From contig LPNZ01007737.1 in NCBI GenBank assembly GCA_001655205.1, forward strand, positions 1 to 38,669: DNA of 38,669 nucleotides, written 5' to 3'. The DNA comes from Lenisia limosa. Taxonomy: Eukaryota > Protista > Breviatea. A program made the position numbers and the translations under genes. The first letter of the stretch is position 1, and each line of letters starts with the position of its first letter. The notes beneath the pieces are model-generated. The model was given only the letters and a program-made list of their open reading frames with translations, was not told the DNA's origin and ran no database searches. Below are positions 10,082 to 21,861 of the stretch, piece after piece.

Positions 10082-13000
10082 ATGTCGGGAGCATTTGCTC
10101 TGACAGATGATGAGCAAAAACATGAAGCGAAAGAGGGTCTTGGGACACTTGCTCGTTGGATCTTTTATTGGAAACACACTTTAGTTGTGATCTCCAAAGG
10201 TAAATGTACATTTTGCCTAGGTGTTCTTTCATGTCTACTTGTTGTTACTGTTGCTGCATTAGCTTTTACAACACTATCACAGGCTCCGGTTAGTCCGTGT
10301 ATCCTCAGACTTGTTTATTCTTTCTTTTTGATTATTCTCAGGTTGTCTTCCTTGCGTTGTCTGAGAACGAGAGAGGACAAATCGACATTGAACTCACTAC
10401 TGGTCTGTAGTTCATGAGTTTTGGAGTGTCTCAATATTAAACGATTAAGCCTTGACTCCTTTTTAGAGAGTTCTGTCCGTAATGAGTTTCTGAATTACTC
10501 GCGGGTTGCTGAAACGTTGAATGTGGATGAATGTGAGAGGGCGAGCTGAATGTTTTAATTGGACAGAATGTATTTATTCTCTCAGTACCTGAGTTTTCGT
10601 ACCATTCACCGCGGCATTCCTTCGAAACGTTTCTTTGGTCGAGACGACAGTGTGCCCAGAACTGGCCGGGTGGGACGGGCTACCATATATATGATATGTT
10701 ATATATTATACATATATTCCTCTTTGGATGACTGACCCTTTCTTCAGAAGACGCAGACTACGAAATATCCATGGTGAATTGGCGCTACTTTGGAAGCAAG
10801 AGTAATGACACCTGTCGTTACTTCCCAAGTCAAAGAACAAATTCATGTTAGCAAACAGTCTTTTTATATTCAGTATTTCTTTTCATATTTTGTTTCTTTT
10901 GATTTTTCACACGCTTTTCTTGTAAATTACACCATGTTACAGGTGTTTCAACAATTTGTGGAGATTCAATTGAAGGAAATGTGTTGGTGATTGACACGGA
11001 AAAGGAGGAGAGAATGGGGTAAGCCGACAAAGATGCTTGATAACAATCAGGCTTGGTACTTCATGGGATATCGACACGATTCCAGCAGGTATGGCTGCTA
11101 TCCACTCGAGTTTAGCTGGGTCTCTTGGAATTTCAAAAGGCGACACCTTTTTGTGAGTCTGGTTATGCTTGGCTCTTTCTATCCTCTTTTTTATTTCCCA
11201 GAGTGGAAGTATCACCAGCATTCATTCTCTCGGACATGTTTCTTGAATCTTTCAGTCTTACAAACCCAGGGTGGGCTTTTGTCCTTTTTTGCGGTCAATT
11301 TTCTGTTTTGTTCGGGACTTAGCGCTGGTTTTTTGGCTTCATTTGAGTTTTAGATTAAATGAGTTACCTGACTGGTACTTCTTCTTGGACTACATTGAGT
11401 TGGAAGTCTACGAGGTGAGGAGCCTTTATTTTAACTCCTCTTCAGATCTATGATCAAACAAAGGGCAAACATGACAGTGGTGAAACATCAAATATTATTG
11501 TTGAGTATAGCACATTCATTCAAGTTCTATCGGATGCGATGCACCCAGGTGTTCCCGAGGTTTGTCTGGTTTGTATTTAAATGTAATGGGTTAATGTGTC
11601 GTGAGTTTTTCAATTTCTTATTTTAGCCACTTCCANNNNNNNNNNNNNNNNNNNNNNNNNNNNNNNNNNNNNNNNNNNNNNNNNNNNNNNNNNNNNNNNN
11701 NNNNNNNNNNNNNNNNNNNNNNNNNNNNNNNNNNNNNNNNNNNNNNNNNAGAGATGTCCCTCTACGAATTTGCGGGATCAGTATGCTCAATACATGATGA
11801 GATTGATGCGTTCTTGTTCAACCCATTGTAACCTCAAAAGGTTGCAGTGAACATGGACGAAAATCGGAGATTTGAAGTTTATACCCAGTCTGACTACGAT
11901 TCAATACAGGTAGGACGCCAGTTGCATTTCGCTGTTCTTATTTGTTCTAAGTCCCTTCTGACCACTGTAGGCTTCAGTGGTGGCTTTTGGGTCTGGAGTG
12001 TCTTATCGCCTTGGTTTTCACAACCTTGATACTGACGCTATCGTCTTGGAGGGCATTTATGAAACCAGGTTCATGTCATTGTTTTTGAGGTACGATGTAA
12101 TATTTGTAATATGATATGATATTGACAATAATATGTATTTTATTTGTGTGCAATACTGTTTTCTCACCCGTTTAGTTTGGTTCTCAATATCATTCTGGTG
12201 ATTTTCATACTTTTGTCCATTATCATGATCCTTAGTCTTTTGATGATTAATGTAAGCGAATAATATGTTATTATCAAGTCAAAAAAGATACTATATATCT
12301 CAAATATGCTCTCTAAGAACATGTTGTCATTGTGATCTGCAAGCAGTAGGAACTGCAAAAATAATGTGATTTGTTAGCTTTATGAACTTAGGTTGAAAGT
12401 CGGCTCTTTGAAATGGGCGTATTCCGAATGATCGGAATGAAAAAACGGGGTGTTGTCGAACTGTTGATATGCCAGGTATCTTGAAGGCAAATGATATGGA
12501 TGGACCAATGATATGAGAGACTCACCTCACAGGCCTTGTCATTTGCTATCCCTTCCATGGTCTTCGGATTGCTTGTGGCCCAGGTGAGTTCAGTAAATGA
12601 AGAATCTCCTTAACCTTCTTCAGTTGTTCTACTTTTATGTATCGGCACTTCTTTCGGATACATTGAATGTTGATCTTGACATTTGGCTGGATGGAAACGC
12701 CGTACTTATCGCTATTTCCCTCAGTATGCTTGTGATTCCGAAGCAGACAAGTTCTCGTTTTCCCGCCAATGATCCGACCTTATTTAGATTTTTTGATCCC
12801 CACGTTGTCGTCAGTAATCCCCATCCGAGCCGCTCTGGGTGAAAGCCTGGTCCGTTCTTTGGACACAAAACGATCCAAGACCGTAGCAGTGAAAGTGTTC
12901 GTAGGAGCTGACCTTCCGCTTCTATCGGGATTTTTCTCACTCGTCTTTTAGAACTATTGAAAGGGCGTCTGAAAGAGGAATTTCTCTCACAGCAATTGTT

Positions 13001-15962
13001 TTTGGGTAGGCTTATTGTATATGATGATGTGGTTTCATCATGATCAACAAAACCTCTTTTCTTTCTGACTTCTTAGAATGGGACTCTTCATTTTTGGCTT
13101 TTTGATTTACTACTTCTTGTGAGTTTACGATGGAAATTTGTAGTTCTCAGTGTGCCTTTAGTTATTAACTATTACAGCCCCTTGGCTCTTCTGTCATTCA
13201 ACTTCGCGCTTCTCCTGAACATGTTTTTCTTTGTTCTTCTTGGTAAGACCTTGTTCAAAGCCTTGGCTTTTAGATGATCTTGAGTTATTTGTGGTGTTTC
13301 TGTTGTTCATAGTCTTTTCATCATACAAGTTTTTATGGATTTAACGATTCAGGCATGCTTCTGGGACTTGTGATCCTAGCACTAAATGTACAACATGTTC
13401 TCACGAAATTGTGCCTTGCAGTTTGTTCCGAGCTGTTCTTATTCAAAACAAATATAGGTCTTCCTCTTTTGGGAGAGCATTCCCGTCCGAAAGGTGACAG
13501 CAAAGAACTTAGTAGCCCATCGTCTTAGGAATAGAAAAACTGCCATTATGTACGCACTCTCTCTTGTAAGTGGGTTCTTTCTTTGATATGTATTATCAGC
13601 TCCACTGAGTGTTGACAAAGGTTATACTCTGATCATTTAGGGATTCATTATTTTCATTACTGTCAACTTCCAATTACAAATCCGAAGCTTTGTTTTCAGA
13701 ACCGAAAAGGCTAATGTGGGCCAAAGTGTGACCTTTCATTTATTAAAAACCGTGATTTTGTCCTGACCTTAAGGGTTGTGATATACACGTCTACTTGAGC
13801 TCCTTCACAACAACTGATGGGATACCTAACGGCGCTTATATCACAAATCAAGTCAAGCTTTCAGTATGAGGGTTTAAATAGCTGATTTGATATTGCCGGG
13901 AATTTCATAAACTGCATCAATCCGATTCTTCCTGATTGGACTATTTATTTTCAAGTATTGTTTTTTGGTTTTGTTTATCTTTCAGCCGGCAGTTGCTAGT
14001 TTTTCGTGGCGTACCCAATCAGTCCAGTTTGCAAAGGAGGAAATTGAGGCTTCTCGACTGACTAACATTGGTGAGAATGGACACCTTACATTGAGCATCT
14101 GACTATTCAGGTCATGTTTTCTGGGCAAAGCATTGGGCCCAAGCAATCACGCCAAACTTCTTTAACACAACTAACACAAAGTACCTCATTGTGAGTGTGG
14201 TGCACCAGTCTAAATTGACATTGACATTGCGATCTGATATTTGACTTACAGGTTGATGATAGTCCGCATTACACGCTCAATGGAACAGATGATTTGTCTC
14301 AGCTGGTGAGGGTTTTGCCAACACTGCTATCATTCTCTGTTTTAACGTCTCTAACTTCATAGTTGTATGCGGCTCCTTTTGGTACCAGTATTCTGACATC
14401 CAAACTCTATGAGACTGAAGTTATGGGATTGTCTCTCGAAAAGCATGCCCTGATAGAAACTGATTTCCAGGTGGGAATTGACTTGCTTTTTGGTTGTTTC
14501 TTAAAGTTTCACTCCGAAGGATGAAGGCTTTGTGAGAATGCCATTCACTAGGGTGAAACCGCTTGCGCTATTGTCCTCATCACCTTCTCTTGTGTTTAGC
14601 AAATACCCAACCAGCAAGTCATTATCAACACCAATGTCCCTGGAAGCCTATATGCGGTAAGTGCCTTGCATCTGTTTTCTGGACTGACATTTTAGACTTG
14701 GAGAGTTCCAGAATGCAGAAGTCTCAAACTTGGCATGGAAAAACCTATACATCAAATTAGTTGATGGTATGATTCCTTCCCCTCGAAACTATCATAACTT
14801 TTGTCAACTCTGTATTCTGCGTTCTGACTCTGTAGACGCAGAACAGTCCGATATTGATGCTCTTTTGGGTGATATTGAAAAAGCAATAGCAGGATTCAGA
14901 GTGTCTGTGGGCACTTTTTAATTGTTGACCAGTAATTGCTGCTCGGAAATTAATTGCGTTTTATTTCCAAAAAAGGCGATTTATGGTCAATTATTTCCAT
15001 CGTAGTGTTGTTAATACTATTTGTAGTTCAAATAGTTAATAAATTTCCAAACACGTAGCATTTACATTCTAGGAAAGTTTGGATCCGCGAGGACGCACTG
15101 GATTCCATTGAAACGGCATCATTGGTTATGAATTTCTTCGCAGCGTTTACAACAGGAAGTAGGATTCTGAGACTTTTTGATTGTTTAGTTGCGATGACCA
15201 TTTGCTTCTTTTCGCTTCTCTCGTCAATGTATACAAATATCCAAGAGCAGACAAAAGAGATTGGTATACTTAGAGCAATGGGAGCTAAGGTTGGTTCTGT
15301 GCTTTTTGGAATAAAAATAGTGCATTCCAAGATACAAGTGATGTTGTAGAGAAAAGTTATCTTCAGAGTCTATGTGTATGAGGCTTTCTTGTTGGTGTTT
15401 TCTTCTTCATTATTAGGTTTGTTTGTCATACTCTTTGCAGCCCACGAGGTTTCTAAGGTGACATCCCAGGCATTATTATTGGAGTTGTTGTTGCGTGGTC
15501 AATGGTGCTCTCGAATATTCTCTTCACACAGCTTCCCTTGTCTTTTGTGTTCCCTTATTCCACGACGATCTTTGTTTTGGTGCTGTCAATTCTGTTCTCC
15601 TTCACAACAAGTAAGAGAGGCTGTCAATCAAAACAATGGTTCATAATGAAGGTCCAGTCCTACTAATAGCTGTTATTTTATTAATAGCACTATTAATTTA
15701 AGTCAGAAAAATATTCTCCCAATCACAATTACTAAAACATTATAATACTATTATGTTTAATAAATATAAATTTAATAGTACCCTTCTGAAAAAGTCTCAA
15801 CTAAACTAGTAATAGCTATTAAATAGTGCTATTGCGGTACATAGTTCATAGCAGGTACATGCAATACATATCATATGGTTTAGTATTACTCACCCTTTAG
15901 TCGGTCCCACTCGTGAAGTTCTTAATAAGAGTATTGTTGAGATAATGCGTGTTGTCGTTTAA
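10082..15962 (+). CDS. FtsX/MacB-like ABC permease family protein (eukaryotic, multi-exon)
   Basis: N-terminal TFCLGVLSCLLVVTVAALAF...PVVFLALSENERGQID. C-terminal FtsX core FFSLLSSMYTNIQEQTKEIGILRAMG...VYVYEAFLLVFSSSLLG, then IIIGVVVAWSM. The last exon (15901-15962) gives IGPTREVLNKSIVEIMRVVV*. Confidence 0.85.
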
Positions 15963-16031
15963 TCAGTATTTCTTTTTATTTAAATTTGATATCAAAAGTA
16001 CATTTAAATAAAAAATATAAAAAAAAACATT

Positions 16032-18018
16032 CTATTGCCAGTCCTTTTCCACAATTGTCAATGATAGCCACGTATCTCCCGAATACAAATGTGAGACCAG
16101 CCATTGGACCTCTGAATCAAGGGGTAGCTCTACTCCCGAACAGAACACTCGAAAGTTCGGGTGCAGCGTGTATTGCGCTTCGTACTTCTTTGGTGCCAAA
16201 GGTGTCGTGACCACAACCTATAAGGTAAAGGACACTCCCAGATAGCCGACCTCGGGGGCTGGAGGTGTGGCATCGAGAGGAGTTTCTACCGCGCGTGAAA
16301 TGGACGTTTCGAGTTTGTCTTCAGTTTCGGGTCTTGTGGTCTACTGGTTAACACTGGTACGTCTAACTAATTTTACACAGTTTATTTACAACATGGAATA
16401 TAGAGGAGATATAGAGGGTCAGTCAATCAACATACCTCTGAGAGTTCTGGAGAGGGTGCCTGTGAAACAGGCTTTCTTATGGGTGAAACAATTCCCGGAA
16501 GCGCGGTGAAAAGGAGTTCATCCAAGTGAAGATGAGCTGGATAGTCCATTATTTTCAGTGACGCAAGTGAATATTCGGATGAGAGGATATCAGGAAGATA
16601 CAACAATCCTCCTACGGTCCTTTTTTACTTTGGGAACAAGGGGAGGCTTCCTCCACTGTCTAATACGAATAGCATAATAGCCTTTGGGGTTGTCGTCTCT
16701 GGAAGAATTAACCACTTTTGGGATGTGACATCACGAAATAATTCATCCAATATTATTGAATAATCACCAAGGTTCGAACTTGAGAATTTCGGCACGTGGA
16801 AGGTTGTACTCAGAAAAATCATCTATTAGGGTTAGTTTAATTGAAGAGTTGAGGGAGGGGGAGGGGGGAGGGGAGATGGGTGTCAAAATATGAAAGCTCT
16901 TGACCAACCCAACCAGAAACTAGGCTATCAAATAACATTGAAAACTTGGCCGTTGGGAGTTTGGATGCTGAGCATGAGTTTGCTCGAAGATGATCAGCCT
17001 GGATATGGTCACTTTGTAATGGGTCTACTAACAACAATGGAAATGACACTTACCTCTTTGATGGATTGGTTTAAGAGCATTCGGGTATCAACAACTACAC
17101 TAAAAAGTTACACGCTTGTTGCAGATGCAATTGTTTATCTTACGTCGATGCATCATTCTCCAATTTGGCTGTGAGTTTCCATGGTATTTCCGTGGTGGAG
17201 TAGGAAGAGGCACCTGAATAGTCACACACAATATATATATCATATCATATAATCCCTCAACCCTTTACGCAAACAAACCTTTCAATCTGATAGCGTGCAG
17301 GTCATACTGCTCTCCAACTGAGATAGTTCTGACGTGATCAATTCGTGAACTTTGGGAAGAGATAATAATATGATATGAATTTGCTTCTTAGACACGATGA
17401 CCCCATGAGGAAGATGGTAGTTTACTACACCGCTTGAAAACCCAAAACACACCGACTTAAAGGCTCATTATTTGCCTCCAAAGAGAATCGTGAGTGTTCG
17501 CCCCAAGCTACTCGACTCTGCAGTAGTGACTCAAACTCGAATATCCCAATGGAGGGGTGGGAGGTAAAGCAGAACCCAGGAGGAGTATGTATGATATGCT
17601 AAAGTAAGAATATACATCTCTGAGGCAGAACGAAGATTTTAAGTCAGTTGGACAAACCTTAAAATGATTTGAGATTTTGTCATCTAACATTGGAAAATAC
17701 ACTGAGCGATTCACTTTCATCTACAGGGTGGTAAGACTCTGCAGTGGTGACTCAAACTCGAATATCGCAATGGAGGGGTGGGAGGTAAAGCAGAACCCAG
17801 GAGGAGTATGTATGATATGCTAAAGTANNNNNNNNNNNNNNNNNNNNNNNNNNNNNNNNNNNNNNNNNNNNNNNNNNNNNNNNNNNNNNNNNNNNNNNNN
17901 NNNNNNNNNNNNNNNNNATGAGTGGTTTTGGGGCATCAGAAGTTGCCACATCTTCTACTTTCAATTCGATTGTAAGAAACACTACTCCTTCCCAAACGTG
18001 TTGGGAAAAGTTGCTCAT
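16032..18018 (-). CDS. ATG5: Autophagy protein 5
   Basis: Spliced segments follow Atg5 order: QHVWEGVVFLTIEL, KVNRSVYFPMLDDKISNHFK, NNEPLINYHLPHGVI, EIPWKLTAKL, LLNQSIKE (acceptor-Lys position), DDFSEYN, GYYAIRIRQ, GTLSRTLR and C-terminal FCSGVELPLDSEVQWLVSHLYSGDTWLSLTI. Confidence 0.88.
17514..17606. repeat. 93-bp duplication, copy 1 (3' part of Atg5 intron 2)
   Basis: Identical to 17735-17827 except at 2 positions. Confidence 0.9.
17735..17827. repeat. 93-bp duplication, copy 2 (Atg5 intron 1, abutting an N-gap)
   Basis: Direct repeat of 17514-17606 with a 221-bp offset. Confidence 0.9.
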
Positions 18019-18434
18019 TGTTAAGACGTTGTTAAGTCAGATATGAAACGACTGTAAACTTGAAATGTTCTAGGAAACAACACAATTACAACTGTACACT
18101 AGGTGGTGACCCTCCACGGTGGACTGGACGTACACTATCAGCCAATGTAATACAAATCAACTTCAAATCAATATACAAGCGCAATCGATATGTGTGTATT
18201 GATGGTGTGCAATTGCAATGTGTGTTCAAAGGGTGTGTGTATGTGTAAAGGGGGGGGGGCTGGATTTGAGGAAACCCCAGAATAATTTCTACACTAGGTG
18301 TTCTTTTTTTTCCAGAAACGGCCTCTTTTTTTACAGGTATGATTGTATTTCCTATTAGAGAGCGAGCGAGGGATTATTGAACTTCTGTTCTTCTTGAACT
18401 TACTTATTTGACAGACTTTGACTTTTCTTTTTAG

Positions 18435-21400
18435 TTGTGTTCTGGGAGCAAGACTTCTTCCAAAAGACAAACGAATACCTTAGTTGTTTGAATAATGGTC
18501 GCTATTTCCAGGTAAGGGAGCGACTACAAAAATGGACTTGTGTTTACTCTTCTTCCTCTCTTCCTCCTCCCTTTGGGGGCCCATTTGATATCAACCAAAG
18601 AGAACATTTGATTTATGTTGTGTCAGGTATTTTATAGTCCAACACGCCAGATTAGTCAACACCTCATTTCTGTAGCCAGAAAGCAGCTTCTCAGAAGAAA
18701 CGTCTTCGTGCCAAGAGACGCAAGGAAGCCATGAAGGCCAATGAGGTTGGGAGGTCGAGTCTTGGAACTGAGGTCAGCTTTCAGTCCCGCGGACTGTCTG
18801 CCTGGATGGTACCAAGCCAATCAAGAAAATCATCCCGTTGGTCGAATGATTATTTAGTTGGAGAAAGATGTTGTGTCTGTTGAAGGACTAATCGAAGAAA
18901 TCGAACAAAACACGGAGAATATCGACAATGACAGCGAGGGCGAGCCGAACGCTGCCGCCCGCAAGCGCAAGAAGAGACGCGCCAAGAAGAAGGGCAGTAG
19001 GCTGTTGGAAGAGAGAAGATTGCATCTAAAGGGCCTTTTGACTTTTACTATTTGATCAACATCATTAACTGTCAGGCACTGAGGCTGATGACGTTGAAGT
19101 CGAGACAGAGTCCTCCTCATCTGATGAGACCCCAAAACTCACTAAGTCTCAGAAGAAGCGCAATGCCAAGAAGCGCGCTCAGGTTCGTTACAGTCAACGC
19201 GAGTTCATTGGTTTTTTTTCAAAAATCCACGGGTTACCATTATATCTGACCAACCAGGCTAACCGCGAGTTGATAGAATCGGAGCAATCTTTAGAAATGC
19301 AATCTGAAGAGGAGGAGGAGCAAGAGGAGGAGAAGCCAGTTACGATGAGCTTCATGGAACTGAGGGAGAGGATCAAGGTCAACCCTGAAATGGGTGCATT
19401 CCTTTCAATGTATGCGAAGGGGGGTGTAATCTGATATGAAAACGGTGTTATAGTAAGACAAACACAAATGATCGTTGAATATTTTTAAAAATTATAATAG
19501 ACTATTATTACACATGAGACCTTTTTTTTTTTCACTCCAAATCTAGGAACGGACAAGTTTATTATTTAGGACCCAACCAATGCTTTACCATATGCTTATG
19601 AATGAGCCAAAACCAATGCCCGAACAACTTTCTGTTTCTGAAAGGTTAGTGGCTCGGGGTGGGTTTTTNNNNNNNNNNNNNNNNNNNNNNNNNNNNNNNN
19701 NNNNNNNNNNNNNNNNNNNNNNNNNNNNNNNNNNNNNNNNNNNNNNNNNNNNNNNNNNNNNNNNNNNNNNNNNNNNNNNNNNNNNNNNNNNNNNNNNNNN
19801 NNNNNNNNNNNNNNNNNNNGCCATTCACGATACTCCTTTCCAAGTTTGATGGCGTTCTTTGGATATGGGGGAGAATACCCAGTTTAATAACTAACATTAC
19901 CCGCAGGATTTCCGTCAAGCTGAGCAGGGTGTCAAGCCTCCTGCTTGTAACAAGTTCTCTGGCGCTGTAAGGGGGACATAGTCACATTCGAGTTCTTGAG
20001 GCTAAACTAGTTCAATCTGCTGAGCCAACAGCAGATTGTATTTTGTAAACTGTATGTTACAGATAATATTGATAAACTACCTCCAATCATAAGATATTTT
20101 TGTTTCAAGTCATGACGTTCTAGTTCTGGGATGAGCTTAATGTCGACCTTTCCAAGATGCCCAAGTTTGGAGACGTAAGAGGGGTCTGAAAAAGGTGCAG
20201 ATAACCAGGGGAGAATATTTCTCAATAACACTTCAATATTCACCTATCAGACCGAGATTTCTCCCATTGACCTCTATGCCATTTGCCTTGAAACTTTGAG
20301 AAGACGTCTTCTTAACTGGAACCCGGATAGATTCGAGAAGGTGCGGTGGAGTCCATTGAGAGCAGTATTAACATTGTGTGTCATAATATACAAATGATTA
20401 TATGTTCCTTGTCAATTCACCTCACTTCATAGGTTACGGTGCCAGCAGGAGCAACTCTTGTGATCATTGGCGATCTTCACGGACAGTTTGACAGGCTGCT
20501 TGAGATCATGAAACGTGGAACACCTTCAGAGAACCTTCTGTGGGTTCTGTTTTTCATTCTGTTTTTTATAACTCCACTCATTCACTTCCAAAGGTACCTC
20601 TTCAATGGTGATATGATTGACAGAGGTAACACCATCCCCACATTCTACAATATTCTTCTTCTCAAGGTAGGTTCCTGCTCCTTCGTGGATATTTTGTTGT
20701 CTAACTCACCTCTCAGCTTATGTATCCCAACCATGTGTTCCTCAACTGTGGTAACCATGAACTTATGGATACGTGGGGGGGGGGGGCTAAATGAAGGAGG
20801 GTAACAAGTTAAGCCTAAGGGTTGGATGGAGGTGCATGACTCACGATTCAGCGACAACTTCAGCCCCAATGCCACCATTTGGAGTGAAGTCACTGAGTCT
20901 CTGGGTGACCACACCATTGTTGTTCACAACTTCTTCAAGAGAGTTTGTACCGCTTACTGGTGTTTCATTCTTTAGTTCCTCAATACCTTTGCATTCTTCC
21001 ACATTATCAACGACAAGATCCTGGTATCCCACGCTGGTCCTCCTGTATGCTGGGTGTCACTGTTTTTGTGGCATGAGGCGAACCTCACAATTTAGCTTCC
21101 CATCAACACCAACGATCCTGATGCTCCCTATGAATTCAACTTGAGTGCAGGTAGGACCGCCTCTGATCTTTGTAATCAAACTATTCAGAGGGCTGCCAGA
21201 ACGCAACGTGGAGTGACCCCCAGACTCAGAGCAGATGGCTTCAGGGCTCACCTAGAGGTGACAACTTGTAAGCATTCCACTGAAATTAAGGATTAATAGT
21301 CCATCTTTTGTTCGGATAACCTTTTTTTTTTTGTTTACCATGGTTACGCTTAGACCTTTAATGACATCTAGGTTTTGCTATGGTACCACTGTGGTTGAAA

Positions 21401-21801
21401 AGGTTCTTGAAAAGCTCAAGCTCCGTATGTGGAAAGTAGTTTTTTTATCTTTCAGGTTGTTTGGTCAGATCACATGTTGAAGAGATTGCATCATATTTTG
21501 ATAACCGTGTAATTGGTGTTCACTCTTCAATGCAAATGGTGAGGAAGGCGCATTAGACTATCTGAGTTTACTGCAAGTACACGTTTTGTTGACACCCCAG
21601 GAACCTCTTCGGTATATGCTCTTTTCCCCGGATCGTGATGTTTTGACCACTGTCGGACCTACTGACGGATTCAAGGTAGGCTTTATCACGATATGTCCCT
21701 TTGGGAATGTTATCATTTGTCTTTTTGATTTACCTTGTAGACCGAGTACGAAATTCCTCCCCTTTATTAGACGTTTTTTTCTTATTCTGTATATGATATG
21801 A
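18435..21801 (+). CDS. PPP-family Ser/Thr phosphatase (PP5/PPEF-like catalytic domain) with a long charged N-terminal extension
   Basis: Exons give GDLHGQF, TPSENLLYLFNGDMIDRG, FLNCGNHE, ILVSHAG, ATWSDP, SPRG, FCYG and LVRSH. The 5' end is unresolved and may extend to the ATG at 18043. One gap lies at 19669-19819. Confidence 0.85.
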
Positions 21802-21861
21802 ATGGTTTCTAAGTAAATCGAGGCTGATACAATACATAAATATTAATAGCGTGGCAACAGC

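Noticed and set aside
16267-17174. Plus-strand ORFs 16267-16509 and 16890-17174
   Set aside because: They are antisense shadows of Atg5, whose minus-strand exons match the family motifs.
17514-17827. CRISPR-like repeat-spacer interpretation of the direct repeats
   Set aside because: Only two 93-bp copies exist, in a eukaryotic intron context, with no cas genes.
2380-19000. Apparent GC-AG introns near 2393 and 18993
   Set aside because: Nearby GT donors (about 2412 and 18997) restore the reading frame, so no non-canonical splicing is needed.
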